Assembly: GCA_000934665.2 (NCBI GenBank)
Contig: KZ537967.1
Location: 1 to 64,000, forward strand
DNA from: Catajapyx aquilonaris
Lineage: Eukaryota
Reading direction: 5' to 3'
Length of the DNA stretch: 64,000 nucleotides
Shown: one piece after another, positions 37,699 through 50,723 of the stretch
How positions within the stretch are numbered: position 1 is the first letter of the stretch
Layout: every line of letters starts with the position of its first letter
Translations under genes and position numbers: made by a program
The notes under the pieces: generated by a model
The model's database searches: none
What the model was told of the DNA's origin: nothing
Seen by the model: only the letters and a program-made list of their open reading frames with translations

Positions 37699-38603
37699 AT
37701 CCCTCTGCTCCTGTTGGGGGCGCTGGCCTTTGACCTGTGCCTGGCCCAGGTGGACTACCCTGTGTTCCGGCGAGCCCGTATCCGAACTGAAGAAGAAGAT
37801 TCGCAGGAAGTGGGTCAGATCAGCCAACAGCGTGCCCGGAAGTACAAGGTCCGGATACGACCCAGACCGACAGTCATCACTGCCATATCCGGTGAAGATG
37901 ACAGCCAGCAGGATGTGTCTCTGGAGGCGGTACCGCAGACACTGCATGTTGTCCGACAGCCGCAGTTGATACCGCAGGAACCGGTTAGGCTGGTGACCGC
38001 ATCGCCGTACCAGACCAGGTCAAGGGGCACGTCCCCGCAGCCTCCACCTGCAGTGTCGTCAGTGGCCAGAGAGCGAAAGGAACCGGTACAGGCGATACGT
38101 AACTTCAGCAACATAAACCAGGATGGGTCGTTCACATTCGGGTACGAAGCGGCTGATGGCTCGTTCAAGGAGGAAACTAGAGGCATCGACTGCGTGGTCC
38201 GAGGAAAGTATGGGTACATAGACCCACAAGGTGTACGACGAGAGTTCAGTTACGTGTCGGGCAACCCATGCGACCCGAACGCGGCTGATGAAGAGGAAGA
38301 GGAAGAAGAGCCGCTTCCGCAAAGGGCGTACCCGAGACGACCGGTCAGCACTGTAGCACCTCAGCTGGTCACCCATGCACAGAGGCTAGAGCAGGTGCTG
38401 GAGGAGCAGGTGCCTCAGAACCAGCTTCCGGAGATTTACAGACAGTATGTGCCAGCAGTGCCAGTCACTCGACGACCCCAGGTGCTGACCACCACGCACA
38501 GACCCAGGCCTTTGGCACGCCCGTCCGTACTGGCTGTCAACAGTCTGTCCGTACCGCAGCCATTGCCGCAACCGGTGGCTGCAGAGGAACCCACCACTTA
38601 CAG
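37699..38603 (+). CDS. CP-D exon 2: CPR cuticular protein with a two-Cys R&R domain
   Basis: Acceptor ccttgcag, IPLLLLGALAFDLCLAQ..., then NQDGSFTFGYEAADGSFKEETRGIDCVVRGKYGYIDPQGVRREFSYVSGNPCDP followed by poly-Glu. Phase-2 donor ag|gtaaag. Confidence 0.92.
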
Positions 38604-38623
38604 GTAAAGCTGCAATCGTTCTT

Positions 38624-38822
38624 CTAATCCGCTTATTCTCTCCGTCCGGCGTTTGTTCGACCCGATAGTACCACAATCTCTCACGCGACTTGAGAATGGC
38701 AGGAGTGTGTAGAAGAAGCGGGCGCCATCTACCGGGGGAGAATAGTACTACGTGGTAAATCGGCCGCCAGAGCGATACTATCATGTCGGACAAACATCCG
38801 ACGGAGAGAAATAGCGTATTAG
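38624..38822. mobile_element. MITE (about 200 bp, imperfect 50-bp TIRs) in CP-D intron 2
   Basis: CTAATCCGCTTATTCTCTCCGTCCGGCGTTTGTTCGAC.. versus ..GTCGGACAAACATCCGACGGAGAGAAATAGCGTATTAG. The internal core is shared with 9188-9310. Confidence 0.7.
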
Positions 38823-38869
38823 TGTATATCAATAATGGTTGGAATTACTAAAAATCTATATACTTTCAG

Positions 38870-39728
38870 GCCGTCAATCCGGTTGAGGTACCCGTCATCG
38901 ACAGTGACACCAACCTTTGCCGCCCCTACCACAAGGGGACTGACAACCACCGCAAGAGGGTTGACCACCAGGGCGCCAACCAGGGCAACCACAAGGCAAC
39001 CGGTGTCCTCAACAACAGCCGGGTCCATATTTGCTTTCGACTACGACGTGACGCAAGACCATGTCTACCAAAACCATCCGGCCTATGCCATACCGGCGGC
39101 GGTGCCACAGACCCTGCTGCCTCGACCCAGCCCGTCTGACCCGCCCAGGTCACAGGTCAACATAGCCCTTCCAGGCGCGGCTCACCTGGGACCACAGACC
39201 ATCTACCACACCGGGGCGGCCCCTGTGCAGCTGCTGCAACCGCAACCGATACGACCGCACTTCCAACAGCCGCAGCCGGTGAGGCAAGTACCGGTGCAGA
39301 AGAGACGAAAGACCACTGCTACCACCACCACCACCGCAAAACCCACACCAGCAGAGGTCATCCAGAGGGCTCAAGAGGCCGAGCAGCCATCCCAGCCTGT
39401 GTACACCTCAGAGCTCGTGTTTGACCCCAACACTGGTCAGTACACCACCGTGCTTCTGCACCAACTTCCAAGAACCAACCATGAAGTCCATCTGAACCAT
39501 CGGTTGCAAGCGTTTGTCCAGCCTCCCAGTCCTGCTCCAACGGTCATCCTGAGGTCACAAGCCCAACCTCCTCCGGGTCATCATCTGGGCAACTTTGTCC
39601 AGCAGCCTCACCACCTTCAGTACCAACCGGCCGGACTTCAACAATACTACGTCACATCCGACGGAAGGCCCAACGGCGCCTCGGGTCAAATTGACCACTT
39701 TTTAAGGAACTACAACGTGCCTTTTTGA
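38870..39728 (+). CDS. CP-D exon 3 (Thr/Pro/Gln-rich tail; protein about 591 aa)
   Basis: Acceptor tactttcag, phase-compatible (R)PSIRLRYP..., ends GQIDHFLRNYNVPF*. Spliced CDS is 1776 nt. Confidence 0.85.
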
Positions 39729-39811
39729 AAAAGAGCCTGCTCAGTGACTGAAGCTTTTATCGTTAAGATTCTTACCTGTTACTGTGTATTAACAACCGAC
39801 TCGGGCGTCTC

Positions 39812-39926
39812 GGTTCCCACGGGTGATGTTGTCGTTCGTCGTTGGCTCGACTAATCAGCGCTTTGCTGATTGGTGGTTGAAATCGACCCAACGACAAAAG
39901 ACAACGACGCCCATGTGAACCCAGCT
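39812..39926. mobile_element. Degenerate palindromic MITE, PIF/Harbinger-like, downstream of the CP-D stop
   Basis: GGTTCCCACGGGTGATGTTGTCGTTCGTCGTTGGCTCGA versus TCGACCCAACGACAAAAGACAACGACGCCCATGTGAACCCAGCT followed by TAA. The same terminus (AGCTGGGTTCACA) recurs at about 12963. Confidence 0.55.
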
Positions 39927-40524
39927 TAACTTGTTGATTCAGTGGAGTTGTTTGAAGGCAGCAGCTTTCTCAAAAGCCATTATCACGAAAGCACTCAATT
40001 TTTTTTTTCTGAAAGAGACAGTGAATGTGCTGGCAAGTGATATAGAGGGGTAGTATTCTATAAGAAATAATGCCTCCTAACAGGAAGATATCGAGGCTTA
40101 AGGTCAAACATTAAAAAAATTTCCCCCACAGAAGGTTTTCTCCCCCCAAAAAATTTCAGAACTTAGCGAAAAAAACTTTAATTACAAAAAAAGCTGGTTC
40201 CGTTTTAATCTTCAGCCCTTGTGATGTTCCTTTTAAAGTCTCAGAAATATTCAACGCGGGGAGGTGGGGGGGAAGGCATTTCAATTAAAACTGACCCTTT
40301 CGTTGGGATCCGGGCAACGACCATGTCGAAGAATCCAGTTTTCACCAAAACTTTCCTTCCTGACTTCCCCGTCTGCTTTTGTGGGACCTCGGTAGAATTA
40401 AAATTCCACCGCAGAACCGTCCACAACCAGCAATGAAAACATGTCCCTTTTTTATTATGGAGAGGAAAAAAAAAGTGTCTTCCACCGAGCTATGTAATCA
40501 AGACTGTTGTTAGAGTGCGTTAAC

Positions 40525-40529
<5 letters not shown>

Positions 40530-40595
<66 letters not shown>
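40530..40595. repeat. (TA)n microsatellite
   Basis: About 33 dinucleotide units. Confidence 0.97.
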
Positions 40596-40599
<4 letters not shown>

Positions 40600-43500
40600 G
40601 TGAAGCATGTGAGCAAAAAGATATAACAAATGCATTGAGTATTCAAAGTTAATTTACGTGTTTAATAGACAAAAGTATCGCCATTATACGCTGTCACAAA
40701 TTGCATTTATGTGCAGGTTAATTTTATGCACAAAAAATATGCGGACTAATAATATCCACACCAAGTTGTGAGCAAATCAACACAAGCGACTCAGTACATT
40801 TGTCACATTTTGTTCATAGTCTTCACAAAAAATTGTGCTATCATGTAAGCATTAGTCGTGTTTTGACGGCATGTAATGTTTTTTTATATCATCCCCATGC
40901 AATATATCGACTGTATGTTACTTTTGTTCCTTCCAACCCTATAAAAATATTGATTCCGCAAAATCTTGCGTGACCCCAAGACCTTCTGATATCCACATAC
41001 ATTAGTGGTTTTAAAAAAAGGGTGTTATCACACACACATACATACACGTGTGGGTGGCAAAACAAATGGCCTCATCTCATGGCCATTCCTTTCACAGACG
41101 CCCCAACCTTGTTTTTCTTGCATTTTCCAACCAGAGAGTGGACTCCTTCACCCTGAACCAACCCAGAACCATCAATCAGAAATCCTTTTGTTGCCCACAA
41201 TTTTTTATATATACACATATCCGGAAGCTGCGTCACAACAATATCAGGCTGAGCTGTCAACCCGGAGATTCTTTTCCGTTATGGCTTGTCCTACCAACCG
41301 GAATGGTTGTCCAGGGACCTCTTTTCCGGACGGATTAATTATGGTGCAGGTCCACGGACAAATTTTGCGTTTGGGTGCACTTTTGAAACTCAGGTGTACA
41401 TTTAGGACTAAACGCTAACGCCCTCTGATGCTTTTTGCTCCAATTTCAGATGGCGTGACACTAAGGGTTGGACTAAAGTTGACCAGTCACTATTTTTTTT
41501 CAGTATGTATCATCACTATAGGTCATGTGCACATCTGCAGCCACATCACGGACAGAATATGTATGCATGCAAGTGTAGGGGCGAGGTACAAACTTTTTTT
41601 TTCCCTCGTCCCACATATAGTTGGCTTTTTTTTTTGGAAGGGACGTCTCCAGTGTCCCTTCGCAGCACACTCCTGGGCTGAATGTCAATCCCAACAGTCA
41701 GAGCATAATCAGGCGTGTCACGCACACATGGCTAGTTCTGATTTCCAGCTGGGAGGGAAGGGTATATAGGTGCTGGGGGGGGAGGATTAGACACACTTCT
41801 GAGGGACAGAAATAGGATCCTCTAATTATTGGACACTGCCATGTCGTAGCTTCCAGGTTAAAGCAGATATGACGGCACAACCGGGGCGATAGAAGTGTCG
41901 TGGGGTGTGTCCAATGCAAACCAAATGATACCTAGATGTTCACCCTTATAAGTATATCTATACTGGCATTCCATTGAATTAGTAACGTAAATTGTCTTTA
42001 TCTTTCTGGCTTCAAATTGTAACAGGAATAGCTGGAAAAAAACAACTAAATAATATTGCAACATCGCAACAACACAATTATAATTTAATTGATGGCTAAA
42101 ACTAATTAGTTCGAGTATATGATGAATTTGCATAATATCATTAAATTCTCATGAATAATTCCGCTATTTTATTTCAGTGTAGTATCACTGCCCGTTTATT
42201 ATTTTGACGTTGCCAGTAAAATAACAATGTTCGCTGACTCAGCCCTAATTGAACAGTTCGACATCCACAGAATATGCGGGGATCTACACCTCTGTAGATT
42301 CAATTTCGACTAAAATTTCTTCTGAAATTTAATAAAAGCGGAAATGGTTGAAACTATTTGGTTGAGAGATCAACTAAAATTTTAGGCTACCTTGTAAAAT
42401 CAAATTGGTTAATTAATGAAATATTTTTGGTTGACTGTTAGACACGACCTGTAACCTTTCTATTTGGTTGAATGAAACATCACTTTGTCTTGCTCAACTA
42501 AATATATATATATATTTTTTGCGTGTAGTAATGACCTAATCACATGTACGGTAGTGGCATACATGTGCAGTGTGCATCGTATCAGTCCTATCAGAAAATA
42601 TCCAACTGCGAATCCTTCATGGGGTGCTGGCCATTTATAGCCACTTCCACCTACGCTCCTCCACACAAGTGAAAGCAGCAAATAATCAAAAGGACACGCT
42701 TTTAATTAACGACCTCTGATAATACCCACACCCCCCCTTGAAGGAGGAGGGGGGCTCTCTTGAAAAAATGCGATTACGCTTCCAAAAAGGAAACCCGTGT
42801 GCAAGAAGATAATATCTGGAAAGCGTCCCCGACATTCCACTCGTGTTCAAACACGAGAATTTTCTCTATCCATTCCCAGGCTAAATTGGATCTCTGTATA
42901 CAAACAAGAAAGCAAACAAAACAAGCTCGCTCTCCAGAGATGTGATTCCAAAGTTTGAAGAAAGTGCATCCGACTCTTTTTTTTCTTTCTTTCTTCAGTT
43001 CTCCTACTCTATACTAGCCTGTTAAAGAATTCCATTAGGCGGGTCAGCCAGTCCCCTCTTTTACATTGCTCTGGTCCTCCCTAAAAAATAGGACCGTCCT
43101 GGTAAAAAAATAGTGCAATGTTGTTGTAGAGAGCTTTGTTTCAGACGCGTCGCACAACAGCAACTTTCACGCTATAAAGCATCTCATTAGTTAAGAGCTC
43201 GCTTTCCAAAATATTCTATCTAAATAACAAGGGGGGGTTGAGACTAATTAAATGAGAAGCAACACATAAAATTAGTCCCTTCATAATTTTGAATTATGTT
43301 CTGACAGTTCGTACTTCCCGCCCACGTTTTCCACTAAAAATGAATTACCTTTTTTTTTTTTAAAAAAAGGAGAAGACATGCAAAGGTTTGTGAAGCGTGC
43401 AATTAGAAGCGATCATTCATTAAGTCAGCTGACGTGCCACATTGCCGCTCTCTGCGTTTCCGTAATTCTTTTTCGCCCATTGCACGGAATCTGTGCAGTA

Positions 43501-46500
43501 TGCCGTGGAGAGGAATGAGGAAGAAAAACCAGTAGGAAAGGAAGGAGGGGGGAAAAATATTCCTAAAATGCATTTGAATATATTAGTTTGTAAAATTTCA
43601 CCGCTTTTAAATACGCTCATTGTATAAAGTAGGCTTGTGAAATGTTTATCTGATTGAGCTGTTATTATTGTAGTGTCATACGATTATGATTATGCTGTTA
43701 ATATCGGTATCAATGCACAGAATTTATTGTCCATATCACAGTGTGTACAGCAATATTCTTGCAAATGACCTGTATGAAAATTATTAAGTGCAGCAGGTAG
43801 ATCATATTTTACAAGAACATTATTTTGTGAGGTAACATCACTGGGTGCAATAATATTAATTCAAGACGTTATCAAAGCAGCACTATTGGTTTTCATGTAT
43901 TTGCTCCATGAATTATTTATTCATTAGGTTCTCAAGTAATGTGAGAACAGTATTAAGCATTTCCCCAGGGAGACTTCCAAAATAAAAAGTGATACTAAAA
44001 ACATTTAAAAATATAAAATTACGTTACTTCAACATAACATTCCAGTCCCCCGTTGTCAACATGCTTCCCAGTACAACCTAATAAACCGACGCAGCATAAA
44101 ATATTGAAGGGAAAGTTGCACAAGTGAACTGGCAGACTGTACAGTGAAACCCTCGGCTATACATATAAACGAGGCAGACGTCGCATGCAGGAAAAACATG
44201 AGTCACTGGACATGTCGGTAAAGTTTCAGGCTAATTGAATGGCATGTATTGAGTGGTCGGGTCGTGGGATGTCAGGAAGAAAAACAAGCGGTTGAATGGA
44301 TAATAGCCCATGCTGCCAGGTACAAAACAGAATCGGAAAAATGAGGACGAGTGATGGATTGACTCTAATCGGCGAAAACGACGGCAACTGCTGGCCAAAG
44401 AGTGATACGTTTCCTCCGGATAATACGGGGGGGATCGTTGCTGAACATGCTGTCACGAGATGCAACTTTTTTAAAAAAAGATGGCCAATTTTAACCCAAT
44501 TGTAAGGTTTGTATCTGGAAGACTATTCCCAAATATTGCCTATTACAAAGAAGTAACCATTAGCTCAATTAGTGTGAAAAATTCCTACACATAGGCAATT
44601 ATTTCATGGCCACCTCTGAAGCGGTAATCTCAAACAATTAATCCAAATGCCGCTTACGTAAGAGATTGGCAATCAGATTAATCCGGATAAGCGTTTAATT
44701 CCTTTAAATCAGCAAAACTGTCCTGGATTATTCAATACAAAATGCAAAAGAAATCAGCATAATATTTAACTCAAAAACACCAGGTCCCATTTCATAACCG
44801 CTAATTATAATTATCTCGGCTAGGAGTAAACGAAGCATGCCTCTTGCGTCATATTGTGTTATCTTTTTTTTCTGCAAATAAGCTTTCTCCAGGAATAGGC
44901 GAAATGTCTTGCAAATTCATACTAAGGCTATCTGGCCCAGAAACACTGGAAAATGTCAATGTTATTCCGAGCCGCAGGGTCTCAACAACACAGGGATAAA
45001 TACTAATTGGTCCTCTCCATCCTTTTAATGATCGTTCCGCCGGGGAAATATATGATGGCAGTTGGGGGGGGGGGGGGNGGGGGGGGGCATTTTCAACGCT
45101 CATTAAATACATATATACGCTTAACACCGGTTCCGTTGTAATGAGGGATGAGCTGCAGCAGGTGTGGCTATAACCAACCAGTAATTATACGATAACCGGA
45201 TAATGCGAATTAAGGAGTCACATTTAAAAAATCGGTTGTTTTTAATTGAGATGAATTGTTGGTAAAATTCTTACATCTCGCAATTAATTCAGGTAAATTA
45301 ATTTAATGTATAGGTGTCGTTATCCTAGCAGGTATGCATCCCTTCACACGACCTTGCCCTTTTTCATTTAATAATCACTGATCATTTCAAAATGTGAATG
45401 CAAATCGGGGAATTCCATTTAAAAAAATAATTTAATTTAAAAAAAAAACCATTTTGATGCAACAATTTCATAAATTTTGTCGTACACTGTGCACATAATC
45501 GTGTCGAAAGTTTCTCCAGAAAAATTCCTGCAAAAATTGTGACTTAGACTCAACGCCACAATTAGTCTGTTTGCTCACCTTGGACGCAAAAAAAAGGAGC
45601 ATTGTTGTAACCTGAAGGATTACGCAAGGAATTTCCTGTGTTCGTGCACAATTTTCTTATATACCCATTTCAAGGCCCTACTTGGCTAACGTAACGAGAG
45701 AAAAAAAATTGGCCTATGTAAATTAGCCCATCTACCCCAGCAGCAGGTCACATTGTACATAAAAAAAAGAGTCAGGTGTGGATATGGGTGGAGTCGACTC
45801 GACAAAACCACGGGAGTGAAAGTAAAATCCTGGGTTCCTCGACCTGCATGGGAGCAACCCCCAACCATAATGCCAAGCACCTCGTATAATTATAAAGCGA
45901 TCTCTCTCTAGCTAAAAACTTCCTATAAACAAATAGTAGGGAATGTGGAATTGCGAGGGGTTTATAGGCAACACTATTATTTGACATGGCACAGGTTTTT
46001 CGTGAGGGATTTGCTTCTGATGGCAAGTTTTGATTATTTTTGGCGAGAAATTTTGGCCCGAAAAAAACCCCCCTCAGTTTATACGAGCGGTGTAACCTAG
46101 TTTCCGACCTATTAATTCCTTCCACGGTAGACTAGACAATCGGAGGCTATGGAATTCCAGGTATTTTCGCATTCTGATTCCACGTATAGACTCTCTCTCT
46201 ATCTCTCAGTTTAAACCCTTGGGATCAAAATTTTGCGGAGGGGGAAATTAGCTAAAGGAAATAAAAGAGCAGCGGGCGGTAACGGGTTAATTTAGTGAAT
46301 TCTGATTGTCCTTTTTTTTTACATACTCTGTGCTCCACATGCAGATTGCGGCCGCAATATGTGCAATCAAGACTTGATTGAATAGTAATGAGGAAATGGA
46401 GGCAAATCAAATTGTCCTAAGTGTAATTGCGGTAATCAAACAATTAATTTTATTTTTATTTGTTACATACGCTAAAACGTGACATGATCAAGTAGACGGA

Positions 46501-49500
46501 AGGGAGCGTAAAAAGTATTATGGAAAATCCGGTACTGTACAGTGTACAGTACATTAATATTTCTGCTAATAAACAAATAATAAACAAATAGCTGCCGAAT
46601 AAACAAAATAATGTTGAATTAATATTTTAATAATGGAATAATAACCCAAATGGCAGTATGCCCAACGGAATAAAATAAATAAAAAATAATAAAAAACAAT
46701 GAAATAATAAAGGTCTGTGCTTTCATATGGCAATGCTGAAATTTGGCAAAAAGTATTGTTATCATTATTTTATTATTTAGGCCACATTTACTTTGCCTAT
46801 TTTACTGTGCTGTCAATATCGGATATTAGAGGATCCCTGACACCTGGCCGACAAATCCAGAAATGTTTGTAATGCATTGTTGACAACACAAAATAAATAA
46901 CTTTTCTCACAAGTAGAACCAGTGCAATGACACACTCCTACCCATAAGATTTTTGCAATGAAAGTGAAAAGTAACGAATCACATGAACACATCACGAATT
47001 GCGTGCAGTTGCTGCAAAATTTTCGTGCGTACGCCACATAATAAAGCCCTTGAACTTTACGAGCCCTCAACAAAGTAATTAGGTAGGGCTTGCTGCACAC
47101 TTCGACTAGTTCGCTTTAAATCGCACTTAATAGTCAGCATAGCAGAATGCAATGGTGCTTGTCAAATTGTGATACGAATAAAGCATGTTTTATTTCTGAA
47201 GTGCACAGTGTCAATGGAGGTCTTTAATCTCATTCACGCGTGTGGAGAACACTTATCCAGATTTTGCAGAAGGATAATGACAATTGAAGCAAAAGTATTA
47301 GAACGTTAAATCCACCGATTAAACAGTTATTTGTTTGCTATTTTTTTTGAACCGACATCGCAAAAATATGTGGAGCATATGAGCAAACGAGCATAAACAG
47401 GTATGTGCTGATTCAACTAATATCATCAGTTTTAAAAAAACAACATGACCTAAAAAATTAAAAAGCGTATGATGCCCATTAAGTTAGTCAACAGAAATGT
47501 GAACATTTTATCATCAACACATCCATTGTAATGTTTGTCAAGCAGAATTTCATTTTTTAAAAAACTTCTGCATTATTTTTGCTTCAAATTTGCCATAAAC
47601 CGGATGCCTCAACCAGACTACCATTTTCTTAGCATATTCTGTCCATTTTCTCAGATGCTCCCACACTATACAACTCGGCAAAAAATATATATATGGCCGA
47701 TATATCCCCCCAGCCACGCAGAAGCAACCGTGGGGTCTCATTTTCGATTCCCAGAAAGTTTCCTCGTAAATCGCGTGCAAAAAAAACCATGGGAGGAAAT
47801 GCACAGTGCACCTACGATACCATCTCCTAACCAATTCTAACGAGCAAATCCCGTTATAAACTTGGAAAGCGACGTGTAATATTCGTCAAGTCACACATAA
47901 ACTGAATGGGGAAAAACAACAACAACAAAGAGAGACGGGATACATTAAAAAAGTGCTTTCTTCCCTCAGGCTTTAGAAGTTGCTAATAAACCCTCCCCAA
48001 AAAATTTCCGCAATTGGAAAGTCGGTGAATTCAGCGTGACAAGTGTGACACGTGTGAACAAATTTTGAGAGACTCCTTGACGTGCAGGTACAGAAGGCAA
48101 GGTGTGGGAGGGCCATAATTACATTGTCACCTGACTTAAACTCGTCAACACCCAAAATTGCCTCACGGTAATTAACTCACTTTGCATTATTGCAATGACA
48201 TTGCTCCTAAAGTTGATGCAACTTTAATTTTTTGAGCAGGACACAACGTTTTGTCCAGGAACAAAAAAAAAATATATGCTCATCCGTCCATTCACACATC
48301 CAGTTTCCTGGAATGTCGTAAAGTGAAAGTAGTTTTCTGGGTGTTCCGGTTGCGTTTGGCACATCCGGTGAGGAGATCCAGACGATATTGAATACTGGCA
48401 GACACATCTCGAGGGGTGCAATTTTGAGGCGACATTTTCCCACGGTTTGGCCCCAAAATGTGGAGGATTTTTGGAGTTTACGGTTCCGCATAGTTTGTTT
48501 TATCAGATTCTACCTTTAAACTACCTGTGCACTTCTTTTTCCGACCTTTTGTCTGTGTTTTTTTTCCAATGTTCATCCGCACCAAATTATAGGCCTGCGG
48601 CTTTACAATTTTGCACGTGCATTTCTCGCGGGAATGTTTTGTAATCTTGACTTGAGGTTATGACTTCATTTCTTTTGCCGAATGTAATGAAATGGCTTTG
48701 GTGCATGGTACAACACTGGAGGTGTGAATAATTTTATGCTTCAATCACTCTTGGGTTTTTGTCATCCTGTGAACTAGATGTCTGCGTAATATGGGAATTA
48801 GCTAATTTATTTCTCCAACATAACATGCATCAGTTTTTCAAAAAATGTGACTGGAATGTATTCACATTTTTCCAAAAAAAGAGTGTAGCCTTCACATATT
48901 TAATATTTTGAAGAAAAAAAAGACACTTGGTTATAATCCTTGAGCCCTTCAGACTGTAACAAAAGTTAGGCCTAAATATAGACTATTGCTTGTTAACTTT
49001 TAGCTGAGTGTAAGGTGTGCTTTATAACACGAACCCAAGGATGTATTAATTTATTCCGAAAAATTTCCGCCAAGGATGTGGAGTACAAGTGACACTAATT
49101 TGCAAATCACCGTCATCGTCTGAAAGCATGAACTAACTGTAAAATAAAATTAGTGTATTTTTGGATTGAGGGCGTGTGCACACTATTTTTAATGATTTAA
49201 AATGAGCCTATACCTTGGCACTTCAGATCAGTTTCGCTTTAAAGCCAAATTGCAAAAAAATGAAGATTCCACAAGGTTACTTCCCCCCCTCTAAAAATTT
49301 CGACCCATTCTCAACCCCAACACAAAGGAAGAAAAAAAAGGAGAGCAGGACACGTCTCAAAGAGAGGTCTTGACAAACATCGCAACAATCCCAAAAACGC
49401 GACACATCCGCAGGTTTGCCTCCTGACTTGCGGAAAATTGCCCTCCCCTTCTTAAACTTTCCCCTCCACCGCTCCATTGTTGAGGATGTCCTGTCCTCCC

Positions 49501-49999
49501 CCCCCCCTTCCCCCAAGCCGATTAAGATCGTGTCGAAATGTCTGCGCAAACAGATTATTCAGTTCTAGACATTTTTTCCAAGTTGGCAAAAAAGTGAGCA
49601 AAAATACCAAGTACTGTATGAGAAAATATTGGCATGAAAATAGGTCAAAATAGGTCCAATGTCATTATTAGTTTATTTGCAATTATAAATATTGAACATG
49701 TTTTAAAATATATATTTTTTGTACAGTCCTTTTAAGACGGATGTACTGACTTATTGTTATGAATGACATTGTTGCATGTCATGTCTTATGAAGAAAAGTT
49801 CATGGTGAAGGCCTGTGATGTTGGCAGGAAAGGGAAGGTGGGAAGTTTAGAAGTAACTGAGAAGAAAGGGGCTGGTTGTGGTGGGGGAGTTTAGTATCAT
49901 GGGGGGTTGGTTTTTGAGGCTGAGAAGGAGGGTTGGTAGGGGGGTTGGTAGGGGGGAGGTGGTAAGAGTCTTAGCCAAGGCTGCTGGTCATTTCCCAAG

Positions 50000-50007
50000 T
50001 ATAAAAG
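50000..50007 (+). promoter_or_regulatory. TATA box of CP-E
   Basis: TATAAAAG with an Inr-like CTAGTT about 32 nt downstream and the ATG at 50070. Confidence 0.65.
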
Positions 50008-50069
50008 GAAAATGCGGTGAAATTGAAAGCGCTAGTTTCATTTGTGAAGGTGCGCTTGCTAGAGATATC

Positions 50070-50087
50070 ATGGGTTTCTTGACAGCT
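50070..50087 (+). CDS. CP-E exon 1
   Basis: atcATG GGT TTC TTG ACA GCT|gtaagt = MGFLTA, phase 0. Confidence 0.8.
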
Positions 50088-50641
50088 GTAAGTACACAAC
50101 AATACTGCCGTGAATATATGGAGCACGATCCTCCTGGTGATATTATTTATTCGGTTGTTTTTCCCTTCAATTGTGAAATCGATGCTGGGTTTTGTTTGCC
50201 TTTCTGCTACCCCGATTCCACTGTCAATATTTTAACAAAATTAATTCATTGCGCATTGTGCATAATATTTTGCAGTGCCATCCCCTGTTTTTAAAACAGC
50301 AGTTTATTTAACTCGTGTACAGCACGCCAGTTGATAAAAGCCGGTCTTGAACTCACATGTCAACACAAGATATGGCCAAGACCGTACGTGTTTCAGACAC
50401 ACTTCACAATCTCTCGTGCAAATGTGCCTTCGACTTTTGGGAAGGAAATTATAACTCTAGCACCCCCCGAATCTTTCAAACCCCCCTATGGCACGACGTG
50501 GTCCTAATCGTCCAATCGAAATATTCCTTCTGCATGCAACAAGCTCAGCGAAAATTACCAGCTTATAATGCAAGGGTCAATTCCAAAGGGTTAATCAACA
50601 ATGTGGCACCAAAAGGGAGCGACGGAATCCAAAATCCCATA

Positions 50642-50723
50642 AGGTTAGGTTAGGTTAGGATAGGATAGGTTAGGATAGGTTAGGATAGGTTAGGATAGGT
50701 TAGCTTAGCTTAGGTTAGGTTAG
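50642..50723 (+). repeat. Interstitial telomere-like (TTAGG)n pentamer tract with ATAGG/TTAGC variants
   Basis: About 16 pentamers (ttaggttaggttaggataggataggttagg...ttagcttagcttaggttagg) in CP-E intron 1. Confidence 0.88.

Noticed and set aside
49901..49962. G-rich tract upstream of the CP-E TATA box as a G-quadruplex
   Set aside because: G homopolymers are common throughout the window, so this one is not distinctive.
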